From Chloropicon primus (lineage: Eukaryota): a DNA stretch of 64,000 bases. Location: NCBI GenBank assembly GCA_023205875.1, contig CP060755.1, positions 558,001-622,000 on the forward strand, written 5' to 3'. Within the stretch, counting starts at the first letter, position 1. Each line of letters opens with the position of its first letter. The notes under the pieces were generated by a model. The model saw only the letters and a program-made list of their open reading frames with translations, had not been told where the DNA came from and did no database searches. Both the position numbers and the translations under genes were made by a program. Below, piece after piece: positions 31,752 to 42,820 of this stretch.

Positions 31752-34700
31752 ATGGTTCAGCAGCAGCAGGAGGACCCTTCGTCCTCCCCTTTCGGGTCCT
31801 CCTCGAAGCCTAGGCGTCCGGATTACAAGCAGTACTCGTACGCGCAGAACGCTTCCCTGGTGCTCTCTTCTTCGTCCTCCCGGCACAGGCAGGCCAAGGA
31901 GCCCACCGGCGAGGCGGTGTCGTTGTGGGGGAAGCTCGATCCCAAGGGGTTCGGCGACAGGGTCGGGCACGCCAAGCCGGAGAAGGGGAAGGTGGTGTAC
32001 GAGGCGAGGGGGGGCAAGAGGAAGCGCGGAGGCGGCGGGGCGTCGTCGTCCTCGCGAACTGGCAAGGCGTCGTCCTCGCGAACTGCTGCTGGAGTGCTGG
32101 GCGCGTTGGACCACCACCTGGACGGGTGCTACAGGCCGAGGAGCGCGGAGACGAGGAGGGCGTACGAGACGCTCCTGAGCATCATTCGGGAGGACTACGG
32201 CGACCAGCCGCAGGACGTGATCCGCTTCGCTGCGGATGAGATCCTGGCCAGCCTCAGGGCCAAGGGGAGGACGGACGAGGAGAAGAGGAAGGATGTCGCC
32301 GCGGTGCTCGGCCAGTCGGAGGACCAGCTTCTGTCGGCCAAATTCACCCAGCTGAACGCGCTGAGCAAGCTGCTGCACGACTTTGGGGAGGAGGACAACA
32401 ACGCGGGGGCCGGGGGCGACCCCGGCCTGGACGAGAACATCGGCGTGGCCGTGGAGTTCGAGGAGTCGGACGGGGACGGGGACCAGGGCATGGGCGAGGG
32501 CGACGAGAGCGAGACGGAGTCCACGAGCGACATGGGCGACATGGGCGACGAGGACGCGGGTTCCGGGGGCGACGACGACGTGCGCCCCCGTCGTCGCCGG
32601 GACACCGCCGCTCCGTCCTCCTCCGCCTCGCTCGAGGTCGCGTCCATCGACGCGTACTGGCTGCAGAGGACGCTGTCCAAGGCCCTGACCGACCTGTCCC
32701 CCGAGGAGGCGCACGACAAGTCCTCCCAGGTTCTCGCAATCCTGGAGGACAAGGCGAGCAGCGAGAGGGACGTGGAGAACGACCTCGTGCCCATCTTCGA
32801 GTACGCCCACTTTGAGGTGGTGAAGCTCCTGCTGGCCAACAGGTGGCAGATCGTCTGGTGCACCAAGCTCGCGAGGGCGCAGAGGGAGGAGGAGAGGGCG
32901 GAGATAGAGGGGGAGATGTCCTCGGAGCCCCACCTGGCGGAGATCCTCTCGCTGCTCAAGGCCTCGAAGACCAGCGGCAAGGACAAGGAATCCGAGATGG
33001 AGAAGCGAGTTCGGGCGGAGGCGAGGGCCATCCGGGGCGGCGACGACGGCGGGGGCGAAGGGGCAGAGTTCCCGCCCGCTCACGGCAAGCAGTACAAGCA
33101 CGTCGACCTCCAGGACATCATGTTCCAGCACGGGTCCAGGCTTATGGTCAACAAGAGCTGCCAGCTGCCGGAGGGGAGCTACAGGTCCTCGACGAAGGAC
33201 TACGAGGAGGTCTACGTGCCCCCCCTCAAGGCCAAGCCCTTCGAGGAGGAGGAGAAGCTCGTGAAAATACAGGACCTGCCCGAGTGGAGCCACCTCGCGT
33301 TCGCTGGGATGACGAGCTTGAACAGAATCCAGAGCAGGGTGTGCCCCTGCGCGCTCTACAGCTCTGACAACATGCTTGTGTGCGCCCCCACGGGGGCCGG
33401 AAAGACTAACGTGGCCGTCCTGACCATGCTTCACGAAGTCGGCTTGCACGTCAGGCCGGACGGCAGTCTTGACAGAGGAAAGTTCAAGATTGTCTACATC
33501 GCGCCCATGAAAGCGCTGGTGGCCGAGATGGTGGGGAATTTTCAAAAGAGGTTCGAGAAGTACGGGCTCAAGGTCAGCGAGCTCACGGGTGACATGGGCC
33601 TGACCCGCTACCAGCTGGAGAACACCGACATCATCGTGTCCACGCCTGAGAAGTGGGACATCGTCACGAGGAAGACGAGAAACAGGAGCTTCACCCAATT
33701 GGTGAAGCTGATCATCATTGATGAGGTCCACCTCCTGCACGACGACAGGGGCCCGGTCTTGGAGTCCGTGGTTGCCAGAACAATCCAGCAGGTGGAGTCC
33801 ACGCACGAGATGACGAGGCTGGTGGGCCTCTCGGCCACGCTACCTAACTACCAGGACGTCGCCATGTTTCTCAGGGTGGAGCTGGACAAGGGCCTCTTTG
33901 TGTTCGACAACTCCTTCAGGCCCTGCCCGCTAGAGCAGCACTTTGTTGGCGTCATCGTCAGGAAGCCCCTGCAGCGCCTGCAGCTCATGAACCAGCTGTG
34001 CTATGACAAAGTGAAGGGCGACGCCGGAAAGCACCAGGTCCTTGTCTTTGTCCACAGCAGGAAGGAGACGGTGAAGACGGCAAGGTTTCTCAGGGATCAA
34101 GCCATTGCGGACGACACGATCAGCAAGCTTGTTCCTGAGACTTCGGCGTCGAAAGAGATTTTGAATGCAGAGGTCAGCTCATGCAAGAATCCAGACCTCG
34201 CGGAGCTGCTGCCTTACGGCATCGGCGTCCACCACGCGGGTCTCGGGCGCTCGGACAGGACTTTGGTGGAGGATCTCTTCTCAGACGGCCACCTGCAGGT
34301 CCTGGTCTCGACGGCGACGTTGGCTTGGGGTGTGAATCTGCCAGCGCACACCGTCGTGATCAAGGGGACAGAGGTCTACAACCCAACCCTTGCCAGGTGG
34401 GATGAGCTTAGCCAGCTGGACGTGATGCAGATGCTTGGCCGTGCCGGTAGACCCCAATTCGACCAGTTCGGGGTCGGCATCATCATCACTTCATACAACG
34501 AGCTGCAGTATTACCTGAGCCTGTTCAACCAGCAGCTTCCAATAGAGAGTCAGTTTGTCAAGCAGCTCGCGGATAGCTTGAACGCGGAAATTGTTTCTGG
34601 AATGGTGAAAAACGTGTCGGACGCGACCACTTGGTTGGGCTACACCTATCTCTTCATCAGAATGCTGCGCAACCCCATTCTGTACAGCATAAGCGTCGAT

Positions 34701-37700
34701 GAGCTGGAGAGGGACCCTCTGCTGCAACAGCACAGGGGTAATCTGATCCACAGCGCTGCCATACTTTTAGAAAAGCACGGCCTTATCAAGTACGATCGCA
34801 GGAATGGGATCTTCCAGGGCACTGATCTGGGAAAGATTGCAAGCACGTTTTATGTGTCCAACACGACTATGTCCACGTACAACAGGTACCTCAAGCCCAA
34901 TGTGGGGGAGATGGAGCTCTGTAACATCTTCTGCCTGTCAGAGGAGTTCAAGAACATTGTGGTGAGGGAGGAGGACAAGCTGGAGCTCGCAAAGCTGCTG
35001 GAGAGGGTCCCCATTCCAGTGAAAGAGAACATCGAGGACCCAACAGCCAAAGTCAACGTTCTGTTGCAGGCATTCATATCAAGACTGCCACTCGATGGCT
35101 ACGTGCTCTCTGCTGACACGAGTTTCGTCGTTCAAAATGCCGGGAGGCTCATGCGGTGCATCTTTGAGATCATTCTGAGGCATGGCTGGGCCCAGGCGAC
35201 GTACAAGGCCTTGAACATGTGCAAGATGATCAGTAGGAGAATGTGGCTGAACCAAACGCCTCTGCGCCAATTTGAGGGAATTCCAGCGGACACACTCCGC
35301 AGATTGGAGCAGAAGGACATTCCCTGGGAAAGGTATTACGACCTTACTCCCCAGCAGCTGGGTGAGCATGTCAGAAACCCAAAGCTGGGAAAGGCGTTGC
35401 ACAAACTTGTGCACCACTTCCCTAGGCTGGAAATCGCGGCCCAGCTCCTCCCTTTGACTCGGTCTTTGATCAAGATTGATCTGACCCTGACACCTGACTT
35501 CGCTTGGGAGGACAGCAGCCACGGGTTTGTCGAGTCCTTTTGGATCATTGTGGAAGACTCTGACTCGGAGATGATTCTTCACTCGGAAACCTTTTTGCTG
35601 AGAAAGGGCATGAGCAACGTGGAACATAGCGTTTCCTTCACCATCATGATGACAGACCCCATCCCTCCGCAGTATTTTGTGAGAGTCATCTCGGACAAGT
35701 GGCTTGGAAGTGAGACATCCTTGCCCATTTCGTTCCGGCATTTGATACTGCCGCAGAAATGTGCGCCGCCAACTGAGCTGCTTGATCTCCAGCCACTGCC
35801 TGTGAATGAATTGAGAAACAAGGAGCTTGAAGGCATCTACAAAGGCGTGTCTGCATTCAATCCGATACAGACGCAGGTCTTCCCGCAGCTGTTCAGAAGT
35901 AGCGATAATGTTATTGTGTGCGCGCCGGTCGGTAGCGGTCTTGATGTTTGCGCAGAATTTGCAATCTTCGAAGCGATCGCCAGGAACGGCGTCGATGCCC
36001 TGAAGTGCGTTTACATCGCCCCTTACGAGGCAGTGGTGAAGTATCAGTTGGAGAAGTGGCAGGAGATCATCCAGTCAACCCTTGGCGCCAGAGTGATGGC
36101 TCTGTCGGGGGAAACGGCTCTCGACCTGAAAATCCTTCAAGGGAGCAACGTCATACTGTCCACTCCGCAGAACTGGGACATGATCTCGAGACGCTGGCGG
36201 CACAGGAAGAGTGTGCAAGCAGTAAACCTGTTCATTGTTGACGGCATTCATCTGGTGGCAAGTCCAATCGGCCCCTGCATCGAAGTGATAACTTCGAGGA
36301 TGAGGTACATCAGCAAGCAGACAGAGAATCCTCTGCGCATAGTTGGACTGGGATCCACCATTGCGAACGCGCGCGACATCAGCGAATGGATAGGGGCAAA
36401 GAGCCACGCCACGTTCAACTTTCATTACAGTGCTCGCCCCGTCCCCCTGCAGGTGGAGCTGTTGGGCTTTGATTCCCCCTTCCACGAAAGTAGGCTGGAG
36501 AGTATGGTGAGGCCCGCGTACCACAAAATTGTGCAGAAAGGTGCCAAGACCATGATTTTCGTTCCTTCCTGGAAAGTCGCTCGGATGGCAACAGTGGAGC
36601 TCCTCACGTTCTCTGCGGCGCAGGGCAAGGAGAAGCAGTTCCTTAATTGCGCAGAGGAGGATCTGCAGGAATATCTTCAGCTCGTTGACGACAAGACGCT
36701 TGCTCATGCACTTTCCTCCGGCGTTGCTTACCTTCACGAGGGGCTATCCCAGGAAGTTCAAGCCATGATCCAGCAGCTCTTCAGAGTGGGCGCAATTCAA
36801 GTTGTGATCGCAACGGCATCGCTGGTGTGGTCGTTGCAGATCAACGCAGACTTGGTCATACTGATGGGCACGGAGAAGTTTCAGCACCATATCTCATCCG
36901 CAAGTGACTACTCGCTTGCGGATGTGCAGCAGATGATCGGAAAGGCTAATTCCCTCGTTGACACGAAGCCTTGCACGGCGGTTGTCATGTGCCAGACTTC
37001 AAGGAAGGCCCAGCTCTTGAAGTTCTTGCAAGAGCCGCTCCCTGCGGAGTCCTACTTGGACCACTTTCTGCATGATCACATCTGTGCAGAGACGAACGTA
37101 AAGATGATCGAGAACAAGCAGGACGCCGTCGATTATGTGACTTGGACTCTGTACTACAGGAGACTCAACCAGAACCCAAACTACTACAATTTGCAGGGCA
37201 CGTCGCACAGGCATATCTCTGACCACCTGTCAGAGCTGATTGAGAACGTCGTCAGTGATTTAGAGAACGCCAAGTGCATCGCGGTCGAGGATGACATGGA
37301 TCTCTTTGTGCTGAATTTGGGAATGATCGCGACGCACTATTATCTCAAGTACACCACCATAGAGCTCTTCTCGTCCTCCATCACAGCAAAGACGAAGTTG
37401 AAGGGACTCCTTCAGATACTGTGCAACGCTTCGGAGTTTGATAACGTGGCCGTCAGCGCTGAGACTGAAGACTTCTTGCGCCCCTTGTTGAGGCGCATCC
37501 CGATCGCCGTGGATGAGAGGCTGTACAACCTTCAGTCCAAGAAGGTGAACGTCCTCCTACAATCCCAGTTCAGCCGTTTGCAGGTGTCGCCAGAGCACAA
37601 GGCTGAGCAAAATGACACTGTGAGGAAAGCCATCAGGCTTTTGCACGCGATGGTGGACATTGTGTCCTCCTCGGGCTGGCTGCAGCCAGCACTGGAGGCG

Positions 37701-38306
37701 ATGGAGTTTTGCCAGCTCCTCACGCAGGGCTTGTGGACGAAGGACAGCTGGCTCATGCAGCTGCCACACTTCACGAAAGAGCTTGCAGCAAAATGTGCTG
37801 GGCAGGAGATCACAGGCGTCTTTGATGTCCTCGATCTGGATGATGCCGAAAGGGAGGACTTGCTTGGAATGGACAAGAAGCAGCTGGCAGACGTGGTGGA
37901 CTACGCCGAGGCTTTCCCTGACATTGAGCTTAACTACGAGATATCCGCAAAGGAGGCGAACTGCGAGGAGCCTGTCCAGATCCAGGTGCTGCTCGAGAGG
38001 AAGTCCACAGGGAACCCGCACCAGGTCCGATCCCAGGCCTTCCCGGGACAGAAGAGCGAAGTGTGGTGGCTATGCGTCGGAGACACGGAAACGAACGAGC
38101 TCCTCGCGATCAAAAGGGTGAACTTGCTGCAGAAAACGAAGTCACTGCTGGAGTTCTCGGCTCCCTCCGTTCCTGGCAAGCACACGCTCACCCTGTACTT
38201 TATGTGCGATTCCTATCTCGGGGCTGACCAAGAGTACACTTTTGATCTCGCGACGTCCTCGGCGGCGGGTCCTGGGCCTTCGAGCGGGGATGCCATGGAA
38301 GAATAA
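31752..38306 (+). CDS. SNRNP200: U5 snRNP 200-kDa RNA helicase Brr2
   Basis: KQYSYAQNASLVL..EPTGE; PWI-like IDAYWLQR; CAPTGAGKTN, DEVHLLHDDRGPVLE, QMLGRAGRPQFD; two Sec63 cassettes; FMCDSYLGADQEY. ATG at 31752. Confidence 0.97.
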   Translation: MVQQQQEDPSSSPFGSSSKPRRPDYKQYSYAQNASLVLSSSSSRHRQAKEPTGEAVSLWGKLDPKGFGDRVGHAKPEKGKVVYEARGGKRKRGGGGASSSSRTGKASSSRTAAGVLGALDHHLDGCYRPRSAETRRAYETLLSIIREDYGDQPQDVIRFAADEILASLRAKGRTDEEKRKDVAAVLGQSEDQLLSAKFTQLNALSKLLHDFGEEDNNAGAGGDPGLDENIGVAVEFEESDGDGDQGMGEGDESETESTSDMGDMGDEDAGSGGDDDVRPRRRRDTAAPSSSASLEVASIDAYWLQRTLSKALTDLSPEEAHDKSSQVLAILEDKASSERDVENDLVPIFEYAHFEVVKLLLANRWQIVWCTKLARAQREEERAEIEGEMSSEPHLAEILSLLKASKTSGKDKESEMEKRVRAEARAIRGGDDGGGEGAEFPPAHGKQYKHVDLQDIMFQHGSRLMVNKSCQLPEGSYRSSTKDYEEVYVPPLKAKPFEEEEKLVKIQDLPEWSHLAFAGMTSLNRIQSRVCPCALYSSDNMLVCAPTGAGKTNVAVLTMLHEVGLHVRPDGSLDRGKFKIVYIAPMKALVAEMVGNFQKRFEKYGLKVSELTGDMGLTRYQLENTDIIVSTPEKWDIVTRKTRNRSFTQLVKLIIIDEVHLLHDDRGPVLESVVARTIQQVESTHEMTRLVGLSATLPNYQDVAMFLRVELDKGLFVFDNSFRPCPLEQHFVGVIVRKPLQRLQLMNQLCYDKVKGDAGKHQVLVFVHSRKETVKTARFLRDQAIADDTISKLVPETSASKEILNAEVSSCKNPDLAELLPYGIGVHHAGLGRSDRTLVEDLFSDGHLQVLVSTATLAWGVNLPAHTVVIKGTEVYNPTLARWDELSQLDVMQMLGRAGRPQFDQFGVGIIITSYNELQYYLSLFNQQLPIESQFVKQLADSLNAEIVSGMVKNVSDATTWLGYTYLFIRMLRNPILYSISVDELERDPLLQQHRGNLIHSAAILLEKHGLIKYDRRNGIFQGTDLGKIASTFYVSNTTMSTYNRYLKPNVGEMELCNIFCLSEEFKNIVVREEDKLELAKLLERVPIPVKENIEDPTAKVNVLLQAFISRLPLDGYVLSADTSFVVQNAGRLMRCIFEIILRHGWAQATYKALNMCKMISRRMWLNQTPLRQFEGIPADTLRRLEQKDIPWERYYDLTPQQLGEHVRNPKLGKALHKLVHHFPRLEIAAQLLPLTRSLIKIDLTLTPDFAWEDSSHGFVESFWIIVEDSDSEMILHSETFLLRKGMSNVEHSVSFTIMMTDPIPPQYFVRVISDKWLGSETSLPISFRHLILPQKCAPPTELLDLQPLPVNELRNKELEGIYKGVSAFNPIQTQVFPQLFRSSDNVIVCAPVGSGLDVCAEFAIFEAIARNGVDALKCVYIAPYEAVVKYQLEKWQEIIQSTLGARVMALSGETALDLKILQGSNVILSTPQNWDMISRRWRHRKSVQAVNLFIVDGIHLVASPIGPCIEVITSRMRYISKQTENPLRIVGLGSTIANARDISEWIGAKSHATFNFHYSARPVPLQVELLGFDSPFHESRLESMVRPAYHKIVQKGAKTMIFVPSWKVARMATVELLTFSAAQGKEKQFLNCAEEDLQEYLQLVDDKTLAHALSSGVAYLHEGLSQEVQAMIQQLFRVGAIQVVIATASLVWSLQINADLVILMGTEKFQHHISSASDYSLADVQQMIGKANSLVDTKPCTAVVMCQTSRKAQLLKFLQEPLPAESYLDHFLHDHICAETNVKMIENKQDAVDYVTWTLYYRRLNQNPNYYNLQGTSHRHISDHLSELIENVVSDLENAKCIAVEDDMDLFVLNLGMIATHYYLKYTTIELFSSSITAKTKLKGLLQILCNASEFDNVAVSAETEDFLRPLLRRIPIAVDERLYNLQSKKVNVLLQSQFSRLQVSPEHKAEQNDTVRKAIRLLHAMVDIVSSSGWLQPALEAMEFCQLLTQGLWTKDSWLMQLPHFTKELAAKCAGQEITGVFDVLDLDDAEREDLLGMDKKQLADVVDYAEAFPDIELNYEISAKEANCEEPVQIQVLLERKSTGNPHQVRSQAFPGQKSEVWWLCVGDTETNELLAIKRVNLLQKTKSLLEFSAPSVPGKHTLTLYFMCDSYLGADQEYTFDLATSSAAGPGPSSGDAMEE

Positions 38307-38401
38307 AGTAACCTACGAGGGTAAGACACGGTTCCTCTTCCTTTCTATATATTTCATTGTACTTTAAGAATATTATGACACACATGCGCGCGCGCGCCAC
38401 A

Positions 38402-39343
38402 TCAACTTATCAACGTGCCGACCGACCCCGTTCCTTGCACGGCTTGGGTGAGCATCCCCTCCTTCTTGATGTTGAACACGATGACAGGGATGTCATTCTC
38501 GCGGCAGAGCGTGACTGCTGTCTTGTCCATCACAGCGATGTTGTCCTCCCTCTCCGCCTCCTGGAAGCTCAACTCTGGAATCAGCTCCGCTTCTGGGTTC
38601 TTCAGGGGGTCGTCGCTGTAGACGCCGTCAACCTTGGTCGCTTTCAGAAGGCAAGCCGCGCCTATTTCGGCGGCACGGAGAGCAGCACAAGTATCAGTAG
38701 TGAAGAAGGGGTTGCCGGTCCCTGCCCCAAAGATCACCACTCGACCCTTCTCCAGGTGCCTCATGCACCTCCTTCGGATGTAAGGCTCCGCCACCTCCTT
38801 CATCTCGATTGCGCTCTGCACCCTCGTCGGCACACCCATGTGCTCCAGGGCGCTCTGCAAGCTCAAAGCATTCATCACCGTGGCAAGCATGCCCATGTAA
38901 TCCGCAGACGCCCTGTCTATGTTCAGCTCCTCACTGAAGCTGCTTCCTCTGAAAAAGTTTCCACCGCCGACAACGATGGCCACCTCGACGTCTTCCGCCA
39001 CGACCCTCGCCACCTCCTTCGCCACGCTCTGCACCACCGCGGGATCTATCCCGAACCCCTTGTCACCAGCAAGCGCCTCACCGCTCACCTTGAGCAAAAC
39101 ACGACGCTTCGACGCAGAACCCAATGAACCTGACGATGCTTTGTCTGCAGGACGGTTCTCCCTTTTTGCTGCAGGGAGACCATTCACGACGACGTTCGCG
39201 TCTCCTCGACGAAGACGAACCCAAGAGGGACAACGACTCGAGTACGCGAATCCATTCCTTGATCGTGTCCAGTCCCTCGCCGTCCTACGGGAGGGACAGG
39301 GACTCCTCAACCAACCCGTCGCCTTGCTCTTGGTCGCCAGCAT
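38402..39343 (-). CDS. pyrH: Plastid uridylate kinase (bacterial type, PUMPKIN-like)
   Basis: [57 protein letters not shown]-terminal transit-like extension. Confidence 0.95.
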   Translation of the reverse strand: MLATKSKATGWLRSPCPSRRTARDWTRSRNGFAYSSRCPSWVRLRRGDANVVVNGLPAAKRENRPADKASSGSLGSASKRRVLLKVSGEALAGDKGFGIDPAVVQSVAKEVARVVAEDVEVAIVVGGGNFFRGSSFSEELNIDRASADYMGMLATVMNALSLQSALEHMGVPTRVQSAIEMKEVAEPYIRRRCMRHLEKGRVVIFGAGTGNPFFTTDTCAALRAAEIGAACLLKATKVDGVYSDDPLKNPEAELIPELSFQEAEREDNIAVMDKTAVTLCRENDIPVIVFNIKKEGMLTQAVQGTGSVGTLIS

Positions 39344-39813
39344 CCTCCTCTCTTCTCTTATCTTCTGCTTGCCTAGTCGTGAGAGAAGGGGCGAACTTTT
39401 TTGACTTTGGCGGAGGATTAGGGGCGACGGAGGGGGGAGCGGAGAGGGGGGATCGCGCCTTGGGAAAGCTTGTGTCGAGTTCTTTCGTTTGAGCGTTCTC
39501 TAGGAAGATTTGGTGCACTGGGGAGGATTGGACGAAGGATTGAAGGTCTTGTTTTGCTTCGAGGGAGAGAGGTGAGTGTGGCCGCTGAGGAGGGGCGCTG
39601 GAGGGGGGGATGAGGAGAGAGCGGGGGAGAATTGGGAAGACTTGTCCCCTGATCTTTGCTTCGAGCCCTCGCTTGCCACATTTGGCGCACTGGTGACTGA
39701 TTGACGTCTTGTTTTGCTTCGAAGGAGCAGAGAGAGGAGCGAGGGAGGGTTGGCGGATATCCCAGGAGACGGGATACCCCTCGTCCCCGAAGCGCGGGTC
39801 TCCTCCCAACCTG

Positions 39814-40704
39814 ATGCGGTTGGGTGGACTGGGCATGGCTTTGAGAAGGGGGACTTCTTCACTGGTGCGGCAGAGGGCGGCGAAAGGGATGTCGTCCAGG
39901 GCAGCGGGAACAGTTTCAGCCTCGGCGAAGGGGGAGGCGCGGGCGAGCGTGACTGTGGACCCTGCGCTTCGGTCCAAGGCGGAAAAGATTCGAAAGCAGC
40001 TGGACGAGCTGCACCCGGATCCCCCGATTCCTCTCGACCACGAGAGTCCCTTCCAACTGCTCTGCGCCGTCGTCCTCAGCGCCCAGACGACGGACAAGGC
40101 AGTGAACCAGATTACTCCGGAACTCTTTTCTGCTGCGCCGAACCCGTCGGCAATGGCTTCCCTCGAGGTGACGAGGATCCAAGAACTGATTCGGAACATC
40201 GGGCTGTACAGAAACAAGGCCAAGTTCCTGAGCGAGCTCTCCAAGAAACTGGTGGAGGATCACAATGGCGAGGTGCCAGATACGAGAAAGGATCTGGAAG
40301 CCCTTCCAGGCGTGGGCACGAAAACGGCTAGTGTCATCCTGTCCCAGGTGCACGGCATTCCTAGCTTTCCGGTCGACACGCACATTCACCGCCTCGCGTG
40401 CCGCTGGGGCCTGTCGACGGGCACGACGGTGAAACAAGTCGAGAACGATCTCAAAATCATATTCCCGGAATCGGAGTGGAACAGCCTGCACCTTCAGATC
40501 ATCTATTACGGAAGGGAGCACGGCCAGGCTCACCAGAAGCCACCAGGGAAGGGGGGCCCCCCTTGGCCCGGGCCCATTTGCTCTTGGGCCGGGCTCGATA
40601 ACCCCCCGATGACAACTCCCGCAAAGAAGAGACGGGAGAAGGAGGAGAAGAAGAAGGGGGCGGATGGCTCGACGAGTAAGAGAGCGAGGCGAAAGCTGTT
40701 GTAA
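39814..40704 (+). CDS. NTH: Endonuclease III (HhH-GPD DNA glycosylase/lyase); start may be 39814, 39835 or 39889
   Basis: FQLLCAVVLSAQTTDKAVN, IGLYRNKAK, HhH LEALPGVGTKTA (catalytic Lys), FPVDTHIHRL (catalytic Asp). Confidence 0.92.
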   Translation: MRLGGLGMALRRGTSSLVRQRAAKGMSSRAAGTVSASAKGEARASVTVDPALRSKAEKIRKQLDELHPDPPIPLDHESPFQLLCAVVLSAQTTDKAVNQITPELFSAAPNPSAMASLEVTRIQELIRNIGLYRNKAKFLSELSKKLVEDHNGEVPDTRKDLEALPGVGTKTASVILSQVHGIPSFPVDTHIHRLACRWGLSTGTTVKQVENDLKIIFPESEWNSLHLQIIYYGREHGQAHQKPPGKGGPPWPGPICSWAGLDNPPMTTPAKKRREKEEKKKGADGSTSKRARRKLL

Positions 40705-40709
40705 TTTTA

Positions 40710-41756
40710 TTATTTGCGAGGGATGGGATCACGCGTTTTTATATTTTTACAAAAGGACTCCATGATTTGCTTGGCGGACTTGATCTGGCTCGAGCCCGAC
40801 ACCCAGTGGCTTCCGAAGTCCCGGTTTGGATCCGCTCGCCAAGAATAATTCGCCTCCGAGTCGACCGTCTCCTTGAAGGAGCCGTGGATGTCCACCAGGC
40901 TTCCGAGCTCGCACCCCTCCTCTGCAGTTTGAAGGAACTCGAGTACGTTCTTACGGAAACGAGTGAGGAGCAGGAAAGGGGAACGTGTGTGAGTCAGTCC
41001 ATCGTCATCACAGCACATCACTCCAGCAGCGAGCGGAGCGGTTCGCCCAGGGACTTGCACCTTACCTTGGCATTGATCCCAGCCCCCGCCATGACAGTCA
41101 TGCCCAGATCGTTTTCCCTGACGAACCGCACCATTTCAACCACGGTGCGCAAACCGACGAAGGCAGACGACTCCTGCCCCGCCGTGAGAACCTGCGGTGG
41201 TTGGGAGACGGGACAAAGAGAGAGAGAGAGAGAGAGTCAGGTTGACCGACGCCACAAGGAAGCAGAAGGACGACCACTCGGTACATTGACTTACTCTGTC
41301 CACCCCGAGCTTGCTCAAGAGAGTCAATGCCTCCCTCCAATCGTGGACCAGGTCGATGGCCCTGTGAAAGGTCATGCCCAGGCTGTGCTCCTTGCACTTG
41401 GCCACCAATCTGGCCGTGACACCTTCGTCCACTTTCCCTCCGCGCGTCAGGGCTCCGAAGACGACGCCGTCCGCTCCCAGTGAGGCCGCGTAGTCGATGT
41501 CCGAGCACATCGACACAACTTCCTCCTCGGAATACGTGAAGTCCCCAGGCCTCGGTCGGACCATCACGAAGATGGAACATCTAGTAGGTTTCTCTCCTCG
41601 CTTCCCCTTGAATATCTCATTGATTGTCGCCACAACTCCGGGGCTCGGGGTGAGTCCCCCATGCTTGAGCGAGGAGCAGAGCTCGATCCGGTCGGCACCA
41701 CCCTCCGCCGCCCTCCTCGCCGACAGGATGGTATCCACGCACACTTCGAGCTTCAT
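40710..41756 (-). CDS. CUTC: CutC family protein (copper homeostasis/TIM barrel) (3 exons)
   Basis: MKLEVCVD..GGADRIELCSSLKHGGLTPS, VMVRPRPGDFTYS, MTFHRAID, RVLTAGQ, VMAGAGIN. Exons 41756-41295, 41191-41066 and 40949-40710. Confidence 0.9.
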
Positions 41757-41918
41757 CGAGGGTCGACAGCTACCACTGGATAATGATATTGATGGCAGCA
41801 AAGCATGGAGAGAGAGAGAGGTGAGAGGTGAGAGGGGGGGGCGGACGCAATCGCACGGGATGCCATGATTAAGAATAGATTGAAGTCGCTTGTACAATGT
41901 GTGCCAGCTACCCTCACC

Positions 41919-42498
41919 TTAAGCCTGCGGTGAAGATGCCTTGGACTTTTGGTAGAGGTAAGCGAGGGCTACTAGGACGAAGGGCAGTATCGCTTTGATG
42001 AAGGTGACGACTGGACTCGGGGCGCCATTTCTAGCGGAAGATGCTCCGGATGCTCCGGATGCCGCGATGCCTCCCGTGCTTCTCAACCTTTTCTTGTCAT
42101 CCTCGTGCAGGTCCCCAATGACCAAACCTTCAAGCTGTTTCCTCGCCGTGGCACTATGTACGACGTCCTCGAAGTCTTCCGTCGCGTCCCTTCCCGTCAC
42201 GTCGACGATGATCTCGCCACCCCCTGGATGGTCGTCGAGGAACTTGGTCACGTCGTAGACCTGCGAGTCGAATCGAGCGAGACGCACAGATGAAATGAAA
42301 CTCCTGTGTCAGACGCCAAACCGTCATTCGTCGTCGTCGTCGTCGTCGTCGTCGTCTGTCGAGAGTGTGTTCGCCGCTTTATTAGCGAGTAGGAGAGAGA
42401 GAAGACTCTGTTACCTTGCCGAACATGATGATCCAGCAGTCATCGTAAGTGTTGTGCTTCTTGCACTCCTCTAGGGTGTACACCTTGGTCGCCGTCAT
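41919..42498 (-). CDS. CYB5: Cytochrome b5, tail-anchored (2 exons)
   Basis: VYTLEECKKHN..DCWIIMFGK| intron 42414-42261 |VYDVTKFLDDHPGG..GRDATEDFEDVVHS; C-terminal TM. Confidence 0.95.
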
Positions 42499-42500
42499 GG

Positions 42501-42820
42501 CGCCTCGCCTCTTCCTCGCCACAGGATCTCTCCTTCATCTCGCCTCGCCTCGAGGCGTTTGAATGAGGAACGAGAGGAGATGACGAGGGAGAGAGGGGTT
42601 TGATGATCAAGGCCGATGGAGGGTCGAGGGCCTTGATCTGGACTTGATCTTCCTCACCTCGCCTCTTCCTTGCCTCCCGTTCATCAGGATCTCTCCCTTT
42701 CATTGCTTATCATGATGAGAAACGAACGAAGAGGAGAGGAGACGAGGGAGAGAAGTGCTTGATGATGGTGATCAAGGCCGATGGAGGATAGAGGGCCCTT
42801 GATCTGGAGTTGAGTCCCTC
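42501..42820. repeat. Degenerate ~160-bp tandem duplication, each copy with a GATCAAGG..CCTTGATC hairpin
   Basis: Shared blocks CCTCGCCTCTTCCT..CAGGATCTCTCC..GACGAGGGAGAGA..GATCAAGGCCGATGGAGG..GAGGGCC(C)TTGATCTGGA occur at ~42501-42650 and ~42655-42820. Confidence 0.75.

Noticed and set aside
31719..33806. Long antisense ORFs (also 8607-10343, 6584-7705, 29721-31163, 55369-56745, 60395-61654)
   Set aside because: These are shadow frames of GC3-rich genes on the opposite strand with no recognisable domains.
35900..36260. Degenerate Walker motifs in the second helicase cassette of Brr2 (GSGLD, DGIH)
   Set aside because: The C-terminal cassette of Brr2 is known to be catalytically inactive, so this is neither novel nor a pseudogene sign.
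29724..38306. Functional clustering of RPC34, tRNA and Brr2 (and SNAPC1/cyclin T/URB2)
   Set aside because: Housekeeping genes are frequent neighbours in a compact genome; adjacency alone is not evidence.
41757..41918. Cytochrome b5-CUTC as a bicistronic pair
   Set aside because: The 162-bp gap includes an AT-rich 3'-end-like patch and a CT-rich promoter-like tract, so ordinary tandem genes are as likely.
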